In this document: positions 53,201-63,950 of the stretch, in pieces
Numbering within the stretch: the stretch's first letter is position 1
Layout: the number at the start of each line of letters is the position of its first letter
From: Trypanosoma brucei
Lineage: Eukaryota
Assembly (NCBI GenBank): GCA_000002445.1
Contig: AL929603.2
Coordinates: 192,001-256,000, forward strand
DNA length: 64,000 bases
Direction: 5' to 3'
Notes under the pieces: model-generated
Told to the model about the DNA's origin: nothing
Seen by the model: only the letters and a program-made list of their open reading frames with translations
The model's database searches: none
Position numbers and translations under genes: made by a program

Positions 53201-53925
53201 GCGTTAACGACCGCACAAGTGGGAAGTTGATCGTTATCGTTCTTTGTGGATATGGGAACTTTGTTTTTATCTTCCTTCTTGTCAACTTCAGCTAGAGTCG
53301 CTCCTACCACCTTGGCTCCGGTGTCGCCTCTGCCAATATTATATGTAAGATGGCAAACGCTTCGTTGCGCCATACACGATCTTATAAGTAGAGCAGCTGC
53401 CTCCTCGCTGCATATCTCAGTCAACGCCTTACCGTTGCCTTCAGTGGAGAACAAGGTTAGTTGCTGTCCTGGCAACAAAACTTGCTGAATAGCGCCACGG
53501 ACCGCTACCAAGAGAGCCTTCCAGATCTCGCGACGAGGGGGAATAAAACGTTTCGTAGTTGGGACCCCTCCATCCGAGTGTTGAATGGATAACAGTACGA
53601 GCGGGTCATCCACCAGCATTGAGCTTCCCACGCCGCTATCACAATGATCTATAACCGCCGTGAACACAAAACAAGGGCAACTATGCACTGAAAAGAATGC
53701 CACCACATCATCATCGCTGAGCAGCTTGCGGGGCGCTTCATCCTGACCATGAGCAGCGGTAAGCTCGAAGGTACCATGTTGCAGGCGAAGGTCGTAACTT
53801 TTAAGTAAGTTAACCATCTCGAGTATAGTACTTGGAGCTTCCTCTATACTAAATGAGCGGAGGGTACATTCATTAGGCCCCCTGTATACCTCTAACCTAC
53901 ACAAAAAATTGCTGCGCATCGCCAT
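50278..53925 (-). CDS. large hypothetical protein (1215 aa) with central array of ~17 EPAKAETVKPVAVP repeats
   Basis: Long ORF with a unique N-terminal ~280 aa, a 42-bp repeat array encoding the identical 14-mer, and a unique ~650-aa C-terminal region. Confidence 0.6.
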   Translation of the reverse strand: MAMRSNFLCRLEVYRGPNECTLRSFSIEEAPSTILEMVNLLKSYDLRLQHGTFELTAAHGQDEAPRKLLSDDDVVAFFSVHSCPCFVFTAVIDHCDSGVGSSMLVDDPLVLLSIQHSDGGVPTTKRFIPPRREIWKALLVAVRGAIQQVLLPGQQLTLFSTEGNGKALTEICSEEAAALLIRSCMAQRSVCHLTYNIGRGDTGAKVVGATLAEVDKKEDKNKVPISTKNDNDQLPTCAVVNARSKNMDQNLPPEPAKAETVKPVAVPEPAKAETVKPVAVPEPAKAETVKPVAVPEPAKAETVKPVAVPEPAKAETVKPVAVPEPAKAETVKPVAVPEPAKAETVKPVAVPEPAKAETVKPVAVPEPAKAETVKPVAVPEPAKAETVKPVAVPEPAKAETVKPVAVPEPAKAETVKPVAVPEPAKAETVKPVAVPEPAKAETVKPVAVPEPAKAETVKPVAVPEPAKAETVKPVAVPEPAKAETVKPVAVPEPAKAEIVEKPNLSLAVSVFLKDRDPNAFAMKKSPALRDSEIGSGRLLEPLFTKDVLVGEGNAASRPWNNAKVLPTGFKGGDGDAVTAKNGKGADESPLTSKNATECISGKKNCSDVEEELPNEVVVEVACSLEKKAPVRFFLTWKKASPKVFESFRNECLNALHLTDMDNIIIYDSNGVPLCNPSGVTAMVGEAIRKKRSCINVTAVRGHPCTSGLPLQCLFTWGTQQVMRALVLRPGCALEDMRSALAEECGLKEKDMGELSFRLVERGELDDMELTPDNVYKELKRVAENSCVVRIAILDRRRTSLIAFVVRTLCDAASAFAAEVEHVFGGHFTEMDVVPILTRCCDLSPLEGDVKRYVDAVISNLEGSQVLRSDNVVKAVLDPVSICGEEVALSFLNRCIAVTELMSSHRPFEVLMRFFRRLYRSIEYPERTESGVPLNVVTRQLAYAGLSDARWLLFRDQPFSSVVHEKDFVEMLQRVYAGNPSLVCRVAVACRLSGISSLKSRRVMAKEERDVRRQHCRKEIAHAFDGIRPDEVMAYIHHYRLHGKPNHCCLLGTVSTLLANCSERLSSQWFVERVTQRCSVTMETMLQNFEDAQIPLPLLYQLCWDVLRPELHHLTLLPESHVASAFAYWAMFAVQLLCINRNLEFPPVPLVDLKEFTWVVPEKASADTVTDEADGAVAIALPTPQPAGVAKKKIKYKYSYLCHDLRRDQRFLPMIR
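52439..53170 (-). repeat. 42-bp tandem coding repeat (~17.4 copies) encoding EPAKAETVKPVAVP
   Basis: gccttggctggttcagggactgccactggtttcacagt(c/t)tct repeated. The only unit variation seen (c/t) is synonymous (GAG/GAA Glu). Confidence 0.9.
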
Positions 53926-54645
53926 GATGATAACTTTCCCCGAGCAGACAAATGAAAGGTAGAGTCACCCTGCGACTTCTGCAAAGAAGCTTGAAGGAAG
54001 AAGGGAGAAAATTTTCTGCAAGTGGTGAATAAACCGCTGCACGACTAAGCTTCACTCCTAGTTTCTCCACACAAACAAAAAGTATTCTGCATTGTTAATA
54101 AAACAATCCACAGAATGAGATGGCACAACTTGAGGGAGGTGTGGGTTTCACAGGCATATGTGAATGAACGCAAAAAAAAATAATTAAAAAACTGTATTTA
54201 TGTTGTGCCCGAAACGAGTGAAATCATCAACAAAACCATCCCACAAGAAAGGAAGGGAGTACAAGTGTATCTTTCTTTTTCATTACGCATGCATGTATCA
54301 GAGCCTGGGGAACCTGCAGAGACAAGTTCGGTCCCCTCCCACAAAGAAACATGTGAACGCTACCGACGCAGGATTTCCAGCTGCGGGCCGTCATCTTCAT
54401 CGAATCAGCAATGAGGCGACCGCAGCATCACCGGCATCCAAACTTTGTGCCACGGGGACCAAAAAAGGAAAAAAAAAATCGTTGTGACGAAAGTTCACGA
54501 CATAAGGAGATATACGGGCTCAAACGATTTATTCGATAGAACAGAACTGTGACAAAGAGTGAAACCACCCAAAACTCCCTTTACCACAGAGCTCGCACGT
54601 AGCGGAGGTAGAACAGGTACATTTCACAATATCTCACTTTCCCCA

Positions 54646-56931
54646 CTACTGTCCAATACGATCTTCAGCGACACCGCCGGCTTGCGTTTCATAACTTCGC
54701 TTGAGCCCAGCAAGAAACTCTTGCTGGTTTTCAATGTTGCGGCACAGCCACTCATAAAGGTTGTCTATGTCGGCATGTGCCCTTCTATGGTCCCCACCCT
54801 CATCCACCAGAAGTATGTTTCCTAAGGAATCAACAATATGATCTTGCGTTGCAATAAAGTTCGCAAGAGCCCTTTTAGCCGCCTGCTGTTTCAGCTCAAA
54901 CCGACGCACTTGTGCCCGCAACGATTTGTTTTCCTGCGAGACACGCAGGTACTCTTGCCTTTCGCGCACAAGGCTCTCCATTCGCTCCTGCAGTCCTTGC
55001 ACCGTACAGTGCGCCTCATGTAAGTTTGCCTCCATCTCGCACAACCGCGTCGCCTCAGCAGATGTGACCGCTGCTGCCTTCTTCGCAGACTTCAGCTGCC
55101 GCTCCAACGTCGCTGTGCGCTTCTCACACTCCTCCTGCAAAACGGTGAGTCGCTCAAGCCGCTGCTGGTATTCATGGGTCTCATTCTCCCTCTCCGCAAG
55201 GCGCGCTTCTGCATCTTGACGTTTTTTTCGCTCCTCCCCCACTTGCAATCGCAAAGCCTTAAGGTCATAACTATCTTGTTGATGCTGACGTTGAAGGTGG
55301 CGAAGGCCGTCTAGGAAGGTTGCTGAACCGCGTCTCTCGTTAGCAGTCAACTGGCTCACGATTCGTTGCCCTTTGACAAGGGAAGTCACAGCATGGGGAA
55401 GAAGGTGGGAGGCGGGATAGCACTGTTCCATCTGCTTAACAACTACCTCCATGTGTGGCGGTAAACAAAGTGTATCTGTTTCATACTTATCCGTATCGGT
55501 GTCACCATCTCCATTCAATGAAAGACCATAGGAGCAGTTCGATTCATCAGTGGCGGCTGTGATCATTGTGGATGAGGCATGAGGTTGTTCGGACGTTGGA
55601 TTCAATAACGAACAAAGGTAAGAGACGAACGAACTGAGAACGTTACAACGTTCCATTTGTTCGTTAGAAGTTGGTCCACAAAGTGCAGCAGCCAAGCCCC
55701 TGGAACCACCAAACAGAAGTTCCTTCACCCTGAATTGTGTCAACTTCCCCGATTCGCTGCAGACGCCCCAAACACTGGTGTCCAGGTACTGTCCTCCACA
55801 GCATAACTCACTCAGGTCACCGCACGGAAACTGGAGAGACCCACGCAGCAGCAACTCGGTTGTATCCCATACATTTGCCTGCTGATCTGCACCATAGCTC
55901 CAAACCAAACGGCCAAGGGACATAACTAAAAGGCTGCGGACTGCGGTAGCACCGTGTGCGTGCCACACGCGGTGTGGCGCCCCTCTCGAACCCTTACTTT
56001 CATCAACATTGCATTTTGTATGCGAAATACATGGACTGTTGTCGTTACTAACGACATTCCCTAATGGTTGAAGGAAAAAAACTATCACAAACCCCTTTGA
56101 CGTTCCGATCCATAACTGATAACCTCCAAGCAATATGGAACAACATGGTTCCCCATACTCTGACGCCAAGTATGCGGGCATGCCAAAAGTATGTGTCTCA
56201 TCAACATTCGCGCGCAAATTCCACACATCCACATCACCTCGTTGAGTAACAGTAACAACTCGGTCACCGACTTCATCCACCATGAGGCCACACACGCGCC
56301 CCTGCACTCGAAATAAGCCAACCACGTCCACGTCTGAGTCCCGCTGCGGCAGGTCGGCAGCGCAACTGCCGGAAACCCAGCACAAAAGCATTACCTCACT
56401 GAAAGTCCCATCAAATGATGACACCAACACGCCACCGCCATAACCGCTGCTACAAAGACTTGTTGTTTCAAGAAGGTCCTCATTCCCATCGTCACAATCT
56501 TTCGCTGATGCCCCATCCGTGCAAGGGGCTGCAGCAAGTGCCGTTACCTCTACACCCAACTGGACCCGGCGAATGTCGCCTTCAAAACTATCCGCAACAC
56601 CAAAAGCAATACATCCACCCGCCGTCGCAATACATACAAAAAAACGTTCGTCATCGCGCACAGTTGTGAAAACAACGGACAACACACGGTCATTTTCTTC
56701 ACTACAATCGAAATAAGGCTGATCTAATTCATCTGAGCCTTTTGGCGCAGGTGATGAATGCCCGGGGGCTGAGTTCGGGCAAACCACTACCCTCGGAAAG
56801 CGGAACACGCGGGTACTTGTTGAATCCACCGTCCAAACAGCCCCTTGAGGATCACGGTAAACGGAAGAAAATGGCGACTCGCACTTCAGGGGAAGTTCCC
56901 CCTCTATTGTACACTCCGGTGGGGCGAACAT
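54646..56931 (-). CDS. WD40/beta-propeller-like N-terminal region plus long C-terminal coiled coil (761 aa)
   Basis: C-terminal ~250 aa is heptad-rich (LKALRLQVGEERKKRQDAEARLAERENETHEYQQRLERLTVLQEECEKR...). N-terminal region has WD-like blocks. Confidence 0.55.
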   Translation of the reverse strand: MFAPPECTIEGELPLKCESPFSSVYRDPQGAVWTVDSTSTRVFRFPRVVVCPNSAPGHSSPAPKGSDELDQPYFDCSEENDRVLSVVFTTVRDDERFFVCIATAGGCIAFGVADSFEGDIRRVQLGVEVTALAAAPCTDGASAKDCDDGNEDLLETTSLCSSGYGGGVLVSSFDGTFSEVMLLCWVSGSCAADLPQRDSDVDVVGLFRVQGRVCGLMVDEVGDRVVTVTQRGDVDVWNLRANVDETHTFGMPAYLASEYGEPCCSILLGGYQLWIGTSKGFVIVFFLQPLGNVVSNDNSPCISHTKCNVDESKGSRGAPHRVWHAHGATAVRSLLVMSLGRLVWSYGADQQANVWDTTELLLRGSLQFPCGDLSELCCGGQYLDTSVWGVCSESGKLTQFRVKELLFGGSRGLAAALCGPTSNEQMERCNVLSSFVSYLCSLLNPTSEQPHASSTMITAATDESNCSYGLSLNGDGDTDTDKYETDTLCLPPHMEVVVKQMEQCYPASHLLPHAVTSLVKGQRIVSQLTANERRGSATFLDGLRHLQRQHQQDSYDLKALRLQVGEERKKRQDAEARLAERENETHEYQQRLERLTVLQEECEKRTATLERQLKSAKKAAAVTSAEATRLCEMEANLHEAHCTVQGLQERMESLVRERQEYLRVSQENKSLRAQVRRFELKQQAAKRALANFIATQDHIVDSLGNILLVDEGGDHRRAHADIDNLYEWLCRNIENQQEFLAGLKRSYETQAGGVAEDRIGQ

Positions 56932-57452
56932 ATTTGCTGCCGCTAAACGAAGTCGTGGAAAATACGGGGGGGGGGGAATATCACCCGCTTATCTCTCTTT
57001 CCTTCTCTTCAAACCGCACGACCGTAAAGAACAGGGCGGTAAATGCCAAGTATAAGAGGTAGAGAATGGCAGGAAACGAGAAAAAAAAAGAGAAAGAAAT
57101 GTATAAGGGTCGATGCATCACTTGAAACAGAAAAGTCAAATTGTGCAGACAAAAAAAGGTGTGACGGCTAAGCCGAAGAAGCACGGAAGGATTAGGAAAG
57201 GAAAATAATAACGGTGACAATATAGCAATAATACACAAGAAAACATGTGACATCACTGCAAGGGGTATCCAACGTTTCAAAAATGTTCGACATGTACATA
57301 AAAACACCAGGACGCATGCCTGCAAAGATGAGTGTAGTTCAGCGAATTCGCACGACCCCTTTTTTCACATACAGCGCGGCGCGTAAAAAAGTACGCAAAC
57401 AACAGCAACAGCAACAATGGAGGAGGCCAAAAAAGAAAACACACCTTCTAAA

Positions 57453-58595
57453 TCAAAGGTGAAGCATCTTCACGGCCGAATGCGGCGATGCCATGCGCAG
57501 GTTGACGCCGTGCTCCATGTTTGTTGCCACGCTATTGTACATGAGTGACAGAAACTCATCCCACTGCAGTGTCATGGTGTCATCTAGCCCCAGCACATCA
57601 CACATATTCTTAATTACAGTTGAAGGTGCGTGTTCGTTGTTAAGACGTGTGCACATAGCGGGGAGGTCCCGCACCTCCACAAAGCCATCTAGTTCAGCGG
57701 TTGGTTCCATATTAAATTCGAGGAACAACCGCCTAAGTTTTTTCACAGCCTCTTCGTTATACACGCTACCATCTAACTTAAGTGTGATGATGAAAGCCTC
57801 CCACGAAATATTATCTTGTGGTAGACGAGAACTTAGTTCATCGTAGAAAGCCTTTGTGTATTTGGACGCATCATACGCCTCACCAAGTATGCGGCACCGC
57901 TCGCGGTGACCTTCAACAAGAGCGGAAGCTGGAACCGTGCCATTCTCCTGCATGTCATTAAAGAAACGCTTCATCGCACGCAAGTGAATCGCCTCTGGAT
58001 GGCTGCTTTGCTTCGGTGGTCTTCCCATAGCCTGATACACAAGGACACAATTACAGCGTGACTGCCGGAATATCTCCTCCGCTACATTTGGTGGGATCTT
58101 GGTGTGGAGAACTCCCACCTCTTTAATGTTACTGTTACATAGTGTCAGCTCATAGAGAAAGTTACCACCTGTCCATGATATAAACTCGTTGAAGCTAAGC
58201 TCAAGGCGCTCTAATGATGGATGAAACGCTGCCATTCTCGAAATGAAGTACACCGCATTGTTAGTGAGATAATTATTTGCGCAATTAAATGACTTGAGGG
58301 CGGGCAAACGCTTGCACAGTTCAACTACAGGCCGCACACCTTTGGGTCCAATGTATGACTGGGAAAAATCTAAGTGCGTTGTTACGTTCCACTCACCAAC
58401 ACATGAAGAAAACAAGTTGGCAACAGAGTTTATAGGCTTGCATTGATGACGGAAACATAACTCACGGTACGCCTCAGAGGGAGGTAACACATGAAATTCT
58501 GCCTGCAGTTGCTGCACGTTGTATGAGTAGTCAACTTCCTGAAGCGGGTCATTATCAACACGAGCCTCTTGTTTGTTGCTCCGTAGCGAATGCAT
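57453..58595 (-). CDS. leucine-rich-repeat protein with possible EF-hand-like C-terminal half (380 aa)
   Basis: LRR consensus LxxLxLxxN (LKSFNCANNYLTNNAVYF, LERLELSFNEFISWTG, LTLCNSNIKEVGV). The C-terminal helix-loop-helix pairs (EAFIITLKLDGSVYNEEAVKKL, LDDTMTLQWDEFLSLM) are weak. Confidence 0.5.
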   Translation of the reverse strand: MHSLRSNKQEARVDNDPLQEVDYSYNVQQLQAEFHVLPPSEAYRELCFRHQCKPINSVANLFSSCVGEWNVTTHLDFSQSYIGPKGVRPVVELCKRLPALKSFNCANNYLTNNAVYFISRMAAFHPSLERLELSFNEFISWTGGNFLYELTLCNSNIKEVGVLHTKIPPNVAEEIFRQSRCNCVLVYQAMGRPPKQSSHPEAIHLRAMKRFFNDMQENGTVPASALVEGHRERCRILGEAYDASKYTKAFYDELSSRLPQDNISWEAFIITLKLDGSVYNEEAVKKLRRLFLEFNMEPTAELDGFVEVRDLPAMCTRLNNEHAPSTVIKNMCDVLGLDDTMTLQWDEFLSLMYNSVATNMEHGVNLRMASPHSAVKMLHL

Positions 58596-58981
58596 ACGAC
58601 CTGTCTTCTGTTGCTAGACTGTATCGTGCACACATAAGCGCAATAAACGTACACACATTATTTTATTTTATTTTTAAAAAAAGAGAGGAGGGGAAAGCAA
58701 TTAGAAGGAAATGACAATTAACAGAAAGCAGTGCTCGGCCCATGTAGAGGTATTTATTCGATAGTGAAAACACTCACATCCCCTCACCCTTACTCGACAG
58801 AACGTGACATGGCGTGACGTGACGACTAAATTACACGGAAATAAAATACCAGCGAAGTATGAACTGCAGCATAACAATAAAACGGCAACTCGCAACCACT
58901 CAAACACTGCGAACACGACTTATTAGGCGGTAACACCAACACCACTCACACTTTCGCTCCACCGTCAGGGGCGCCGCCACT

Positions 58982-61387
58982 TCACGCCCTTCGACGGAAA
59001 GCGTCTGTTAAGCCATCGTCAATTGGCACTCCCGCTTTGTAAAGGTACACAAGCAACAGGGCTTTCTGCACATCAGACATCGTCGCTGGATTCAAAACCT
59101 TCCCTCGCGCCACAAGGGCTGCTGCCAGCGCATCCCTTTGAGCCCCCTGCTGCAACAATGGTAATAAGGAAGCAACCGCGTTGAGGTCGTCGATCCCCGC
59201 AGCTTCACTGCAAGCCACTGTCATACGTTGGAGAAGTGTCGCCCGCATCGAGGCCGCGGCATTTAAGGTTAGATTGGTGCAACAGTGAAACAGTCGCACA
59301 AACTGCCGTGCCGTGAAGGGAGCAGTATGAGCAAACGCATCGTCGTGGCCAAGAGATCGAACAAATAGTGACAAAAGCAACCGTTCTAACACGACCTTGT
59401 CGCCGCGGGCGGAAACTTCTTCCAGGGAGCTGAGCAGCAGCTCCAAGTAGTGAGCACTCACATTCTTACGCTCATTTTTGAGACAGCGAATAAAAAGGTC
59501 ATAAGCCTCCATCGGCAGCGGATGGGATGACGCTCCTAAAAACTTTGCAATTTCCCGAAGCGGAAACTCCGACGGTCGCTTCTCTGTATATGTGAACAGT
59601 TCGGTAACAATTTGTTGAAGTGCGTCGTGCTTCCCTCCGCCTCCAAGCCTAGAAACAGGACCCCCGATAATAGCGGAAGAAGAAGAAACACGGGCCACAT
59701 GCTGCCAAGTGTCAAATACTGCCGACGCAGGTACAAGCACATTGTCACGATGGAGACATTTCGCGCAGCGTTCCAGTAGCGGTTCTACCAACTTTTGTCT
59801 GCTGCCCAAACTCCCGCTGTGGTCATCCGTGGAATTACCTTCACTGGAAACGATGGTAGGAGAGGTTGCAGACTCTGTAACAACCCTTAGGAGAGGGGGC
59901 ACCCGCAGTAGCTCACAAATGACACGCACAGCGGTGATGCATTCAGAGACAGTAGATGTGACAGCAACCCCATTTTGTTCCCAAACCTCAGGGAACTTGA
60001 CAACAATGCTGCTGCATTCAGTAATTGCTGGGTCCATGGGGCCGATTTTCCCCCTGCATGCCGTAAACACGTCCAGAGCCACTGACAGCAACCCCGCCAA
60101 GCGACCACAGCAACGCCGCAGCGGAGCACCGCGCATATTGTAGCACTCAATGATGAGCGAATGAAGAAGCGATAACAGTTCCTCACCGACGTTCCGCACC
60201 TGTTGCCGCTCCAACACTACAGCGAGACATATCACCTCCAACAACTGTGCAGGATTATTACCCACGGAGGTCGCGGTGGAACGCTTAGAGCTAACGCAGT
60301 CAAGAACGTGACGTCTCAATGACTCTGTAAGGTCGGTTGGCTCAAAAGAGGCAATAACTTCCAATACCTCACGGCATGCTGCACCATCGAGGGGACGACG
60401 GATGAGGTGCTTCAACAAATAATAGGTAGTCTCCGTATCTGCGGTGGTGGCTCCTCCTGAATGCGGCGAGCAAGGCGACAGCTGCCCACTACCACCCCGC
60501 AACATCGCAATTAAAGTTCCCACTGGTAAGTGGTGAACCTGAGAAAGTAATCGAGCCTTCAGCACATGGTATTCCCCCTCAATGTCCATTAGCGCCGTTG
60601 CGGGATATTCCCCTTCACTATCATGGTGTTCACCGCTCTCTCTGTTACTGCTCATATCCTCATGCAGCAAACACAGCAGCTGTTGTTGTGCTTCGCAAGT
60701 GCAACCATGGGTCAACAGCAGACTTTCCAACACCAACGCACGGCTGGGGGCTTTCAGTTTGGGGTACAGTCGCAAAAGACGACGGCACGCAAGTTTCCAC
60801 AGAACCGCTTGCGCTTCCTCTTGCTGGAGCTTCGCAACGCACCACAACAAACGGGCCACACGATTCTCGTCAAATTGTTGTAAATGCTCTTTTGCACAGT
60901 AAAAAAGTAAGTTTGTCATACCCAGTTGTCTCGCGCACTCCGTCATGGCAATAGCTTGCAATGAATACAACACGGCTTGAGGCCTCCAGGAAGCAAACTG
61001 CATCCCCGTCAGTCGCTCATCCAAACCCAACAGCAATCCATTTATACACAGCGAAGGCACACTTCCCTCACCCCAGCTGCTGTTGCTACTACGCATGGAG
61101 TTCTTCACAACGCGAAAAATGTTCACAACCACTTCATCCACCAGTGGTGCACCCTCTGGAAAATGTTTCAGCTGAGACGATAACCGCTCCACCCACTGCA
61201 ATGCACACTGGTGAAGTTGTGTGTCTCTTGTCGTGCATGACAATGACACAAGCGAGGAACTAACACCACTCACATAACGAATAGTAAAAGCGTCACAGGA
61301 AGGTGCTGCGGTCTCTCCCCCAGTTGTAAGCAGTGATGAAGCACGAGTACACAATAATGTCAATACCTGACGCGAATGAAGCCGCAT
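58982..61387 (-). CDS. hypothetical helical-repeat protein (801 aa), N-terminus resembles a mitochondrial presequence
   Basis: MRLHSRQVLTLLCTRASSLL (basic amphipathic start). Leu-rich helical content throughout; no defined motif. Confidence 0.45.
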   Translation of the reverse strand: MRLHSRQVLTLLCTRASSLLTTGGETAAPSCDAFTIRYVSGVSSSLVSLSCTTRDTQLHQCALQWVERLSSQLKHFPEGAPLVDEVVVNIFRVVKNSMRSSNSSWGEGSVPSLCINGLLLGLDERLTGMQFASWRPQAVLYSLQAIAMTECARQLGMTNLLFYCAKEHLQQFDENRVARLLWCVAKLQQEEAQAVLWKLACRRLLRLYPKLKAPSRALVLESLLLTHGCTCEAQQQLLCLLHEDMSSNRESGEHHDSEGEYPATALMDIEGEYHVLKARLLSQVHHLPVGTLIAMLRGGSGQLSPCSPHSGGATTADTETTYYLLKHLIRRPLDGAACREVLEVIASFEPTDLTESLRRHVLDCVSSKRSTATSVGNNPAQLLEVICLAVVLERQQVRNVGEELLSLLHSLIIECYNMRGAPLRRCCGRLAGLLSVALDVFTACRGKIGPMDPAITECSSIVVKFPEVWEQNGVAVTSTVSECITAVRVICELLRVPPLLRVVTESATSPTIVSSEGNSTDDHSGSLGSRQKLVEPLLERCAKCLHRDNVLVPASAVFDTWQHVARVSSSSAIIGGPVSRLGGGGKHDALQQIVTELFTYTEKRPSEFPLREIAKFLGASSHPLPMEAYDLFIRCLKNERKNVSAHYLELLLSSLEEVSARGDKVVLERLLLSLFVRSLGHDDAFAHTAPFTARQFVRLFHCCTNLTLNAAASMRATLLQRMTVACSEAAGIDDLNAVASLLPLLQQGAQRDALAAALVARGKVLNPATMSDVQKALLLVYLYKAGVPIDDGLTDAFRRRA

Positions 61388-62855
61388 GTGGGCAGCGAAT
61401 TGGTGGGAAGCTCTCGCGGGACGGGTCCCACCCGCAATAAAAGTACGTGATTCCTGTTTAGATGCTCACCACTCAACTTTTCTTTTTTCGTCCTTGAGCC
61501 AACCCTCAAAATCTTTTCCTAATATAATGAACAAACGAGCCAATAACCATACGTAGCCAGGAATATAAAAATAAAGAGTACCAAAAGCAAAAATAAAATA
61601 ATAAATGTAAAATAAGTAAAGCAGAATGAAGATAAAGTAGAAGAATAAGCTACTGGAAATACATGAAGCAAGCACAACCCCCCCCCCGATATAATGGAAA
61701 GGATAGCATGAAGATAAAACGCATGACCCGCTACACCATGTAAAAGGAAAGGGGAAAATCATAATAATAATAATGATGATGATGATAACAGTAAAGTTGT
61801 GAGAGCTACGGCCTCAAGTGTGTAGTGGATGTCCAGCACCCTGCGGTAAAAACAAAAGAAAAAATTAATGAATAAAAAAGAAGGGGAAAAAGAAAGAAAA
61901 AGAGAGGGAGGGAGCAGAGATAGCAAAACTGGAGTTGAACGGAATAACAACTAAAACGAAGGAGAAGAGGACACATCATACGGACCAAAAAAAAAATTTT
62001 GTTGCATGCACAAACAATTGCAGCTGCAGAAGGGGTACATACACACACACACACGGAAGATGGAGATGGGAAATGGAAGATGTGTGAATTCATTACTGGA
62101 CTCTAAATGAGGGAAGGTAAAAAAAAAACGGAGAAAAAAAGGACCGGGCAATATGTGGCACACGTGCAGCTAATATTGAAGAAGCAACGATGATGGTGAT
62201 AGCAGTAATAGTAGGGAGTGTGTGGGAAAGACGAACGCATATATTTATCGTGTTTTCTATATTTTTTTTTTGGCGTAGGAGAAGGGAGTAATTTTTTTTT
62301 TAAAAGAAGGGGGGGGGGTAAAATTGTTGGACCGTCCAGTCAGCCTGTCCGACACTTTTCGCCAGGCATACGGCATAAGCAGTACATGGGAAAGGAAGTA
62401 AAACAAATGAGCAAAGAGGGTCACCTTCCCAGTGAGAGGAAAAGGTTTATTTTTCATATATATATATATAAAGAAAGAAAAGGCAACACGTTGTTCCATC
62501 CCACAATATAAGCACAAACATATGAAAAGGTGAATGAAAAAGTGCACCTTTTCCACCGGAGACTGGGACAAAAAACACAATGAATACCACACGAGTGCCT
62601 TATATCGCCACGCCCCCACGCTATCACCACCAAACACAAACTGCCCAAATCCCATCAACCAAACCGTGTACAACCACAGTTCATTGACTCATTCGCTCAC
62701 TTGAATATATAAATATATGTCACTTCCTCCTATTCAAACCGCTTTTCTTCCCCCCATTTTCCTTTAATGTGAAAAAAAGTCACTGACCTTGCCGCTGCGG
62801 CGTGTTTTCATCCTGAAGCACAACCACACACAAACACATTCCCACGTGTCCGGTC

Positions 62856-63950
62856 TCAAACCACACGTGTGCACGGCATCATGTCATCGGTGCTCTCCCG
62901 ATCTTGTGCGTTTAAGTTGCGCACCAGCAGTTGACGGACATGCCGGGGGATTTGAGTGTCCAACATCCAAATATTTGCCGGGTTGCATTTCGCTAACCAA
63001 AGTGACGAAAGTTCTACGAGTGATAATCGTGTGAGGTAGCCGAGGGGGTAGCGATATGTTCGATTTGAATAATACACAACGTCCCTATCGCCTGGAAGTT
63101 CACCACCCACAACAAATAAACAACCCTGCGCCACTGCAGAAGCGTGGCCACTGCGCGCACTTGGACGTCCCCTTCCGCAACTTAACGTTATATCTATCCA
63201 CCGACTTGATGCTGCTGGCGGTGCCGCCACTAATGAAGTTGTGTATGACGACGACGAAGACGACTGAGAGGCCGCCGAAGAGGGAATATTGGTATCTATG
63301 CACCAAAAGTCGTCAAAGTACACTTCTCCATCTACATCACCACCATAAATGAACACGCGACCCCTAATTACTGCCATCGCAGATGCATAACGCGGACTCG
63401 GCCGAGGACCGGAGGATGGCACCACCTCACGCCATGTATTGGACGGAAAGTGGTAAGAAAAAAGAGAATTATTGTACACGGGACTTCCGTTTCGTCGTGC
63501 ACTGTCGGCATGGTAGCCGCCAAAGACGTAAAGGTAATCGCCCTCCACTTGTGCGCTATGGCCCAGCAATGGTAGGATAGGCTTACCAAACCAACCACTC
63601 GAGTGTACGGGGTGCCACTCAAGCGTGGTAAGATCTAAAAACCAGAAGCTATTGCTTATGTTACACGGTTCACCCATAAGTACATACATGCAGTTACGGT
63701 AAATGTGCGCAGTGTGAAGTCGCCGGTCCCCAGGTCCATCGGGCGCGGGCGTCGCCTGCTGCTGAATAAGAGACCACGTGAATGTGATTAAGTCAAGCAC
63801 AAGAACATCAGCAAATCGTGTGGGCATGTATAAATCCTGTCCGCCATACACATACATTTTATCCTCATGCACTACAGCAGAATGACTAATGCGAGGAGCC
63901 ACGATCTCGCTATTAGTGGTTTCCTTGTATGACCATGTGGATGTCTTCAA
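62856..63950 (-). CDS. Kelch-repeat (galactose-oxidase-type beta-propeller) protein. The 5' end may extend beyond the window
   Basis: Repeated YVYGGQD, YVFGGYH, FIYGGDVDG, FVVGGE blocks with preceding W/hydrophobic residues at Kelch spacing. Confidence 0.6.
   Translation of the reverse strand: MKTSTWSYKETTNSEIVAPRISHSAVVHEDKMYVYGGQDLYMPTRFADVLVLDLITFTWSLIQQQATPAPDGPGDRRLHTAHIYRNCMYVLMGEPCNISNSFWFLDLTTLEWHPVHSSGWFGKPILPLLGHSAQVEGDYLYVFGGYHADSARRNGSPVYNNSLFSYHFPSNTWREVVPSSGPRPSPRYASAMAVIRGRVFIYGGDVDGEVYFDDFWCIDTNIPSSAASQSSSSSSYTTSLVAAPPAASSRWIDITLSCGRGRPSARSGHASAVAQGCLFVVGGELPGDRDVVYYSNRTYRYPLGYLTRLSLVELSSLWLAKCNPANIWMLDTQIPRHVRQLLVRNLNAQDRESTDDMMPCTRVV

Noticed and set aside
52178-53230. Plus-strand ORFs 350 aa and 265 aa (ALAGSGTATGFTVS... 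and LPWLVQGLPLVSQ... repeats)
   Set aside because: Antisense frames of the 42-bp EPAKAETVKPVAVP coding repeat; same reasoning as above.
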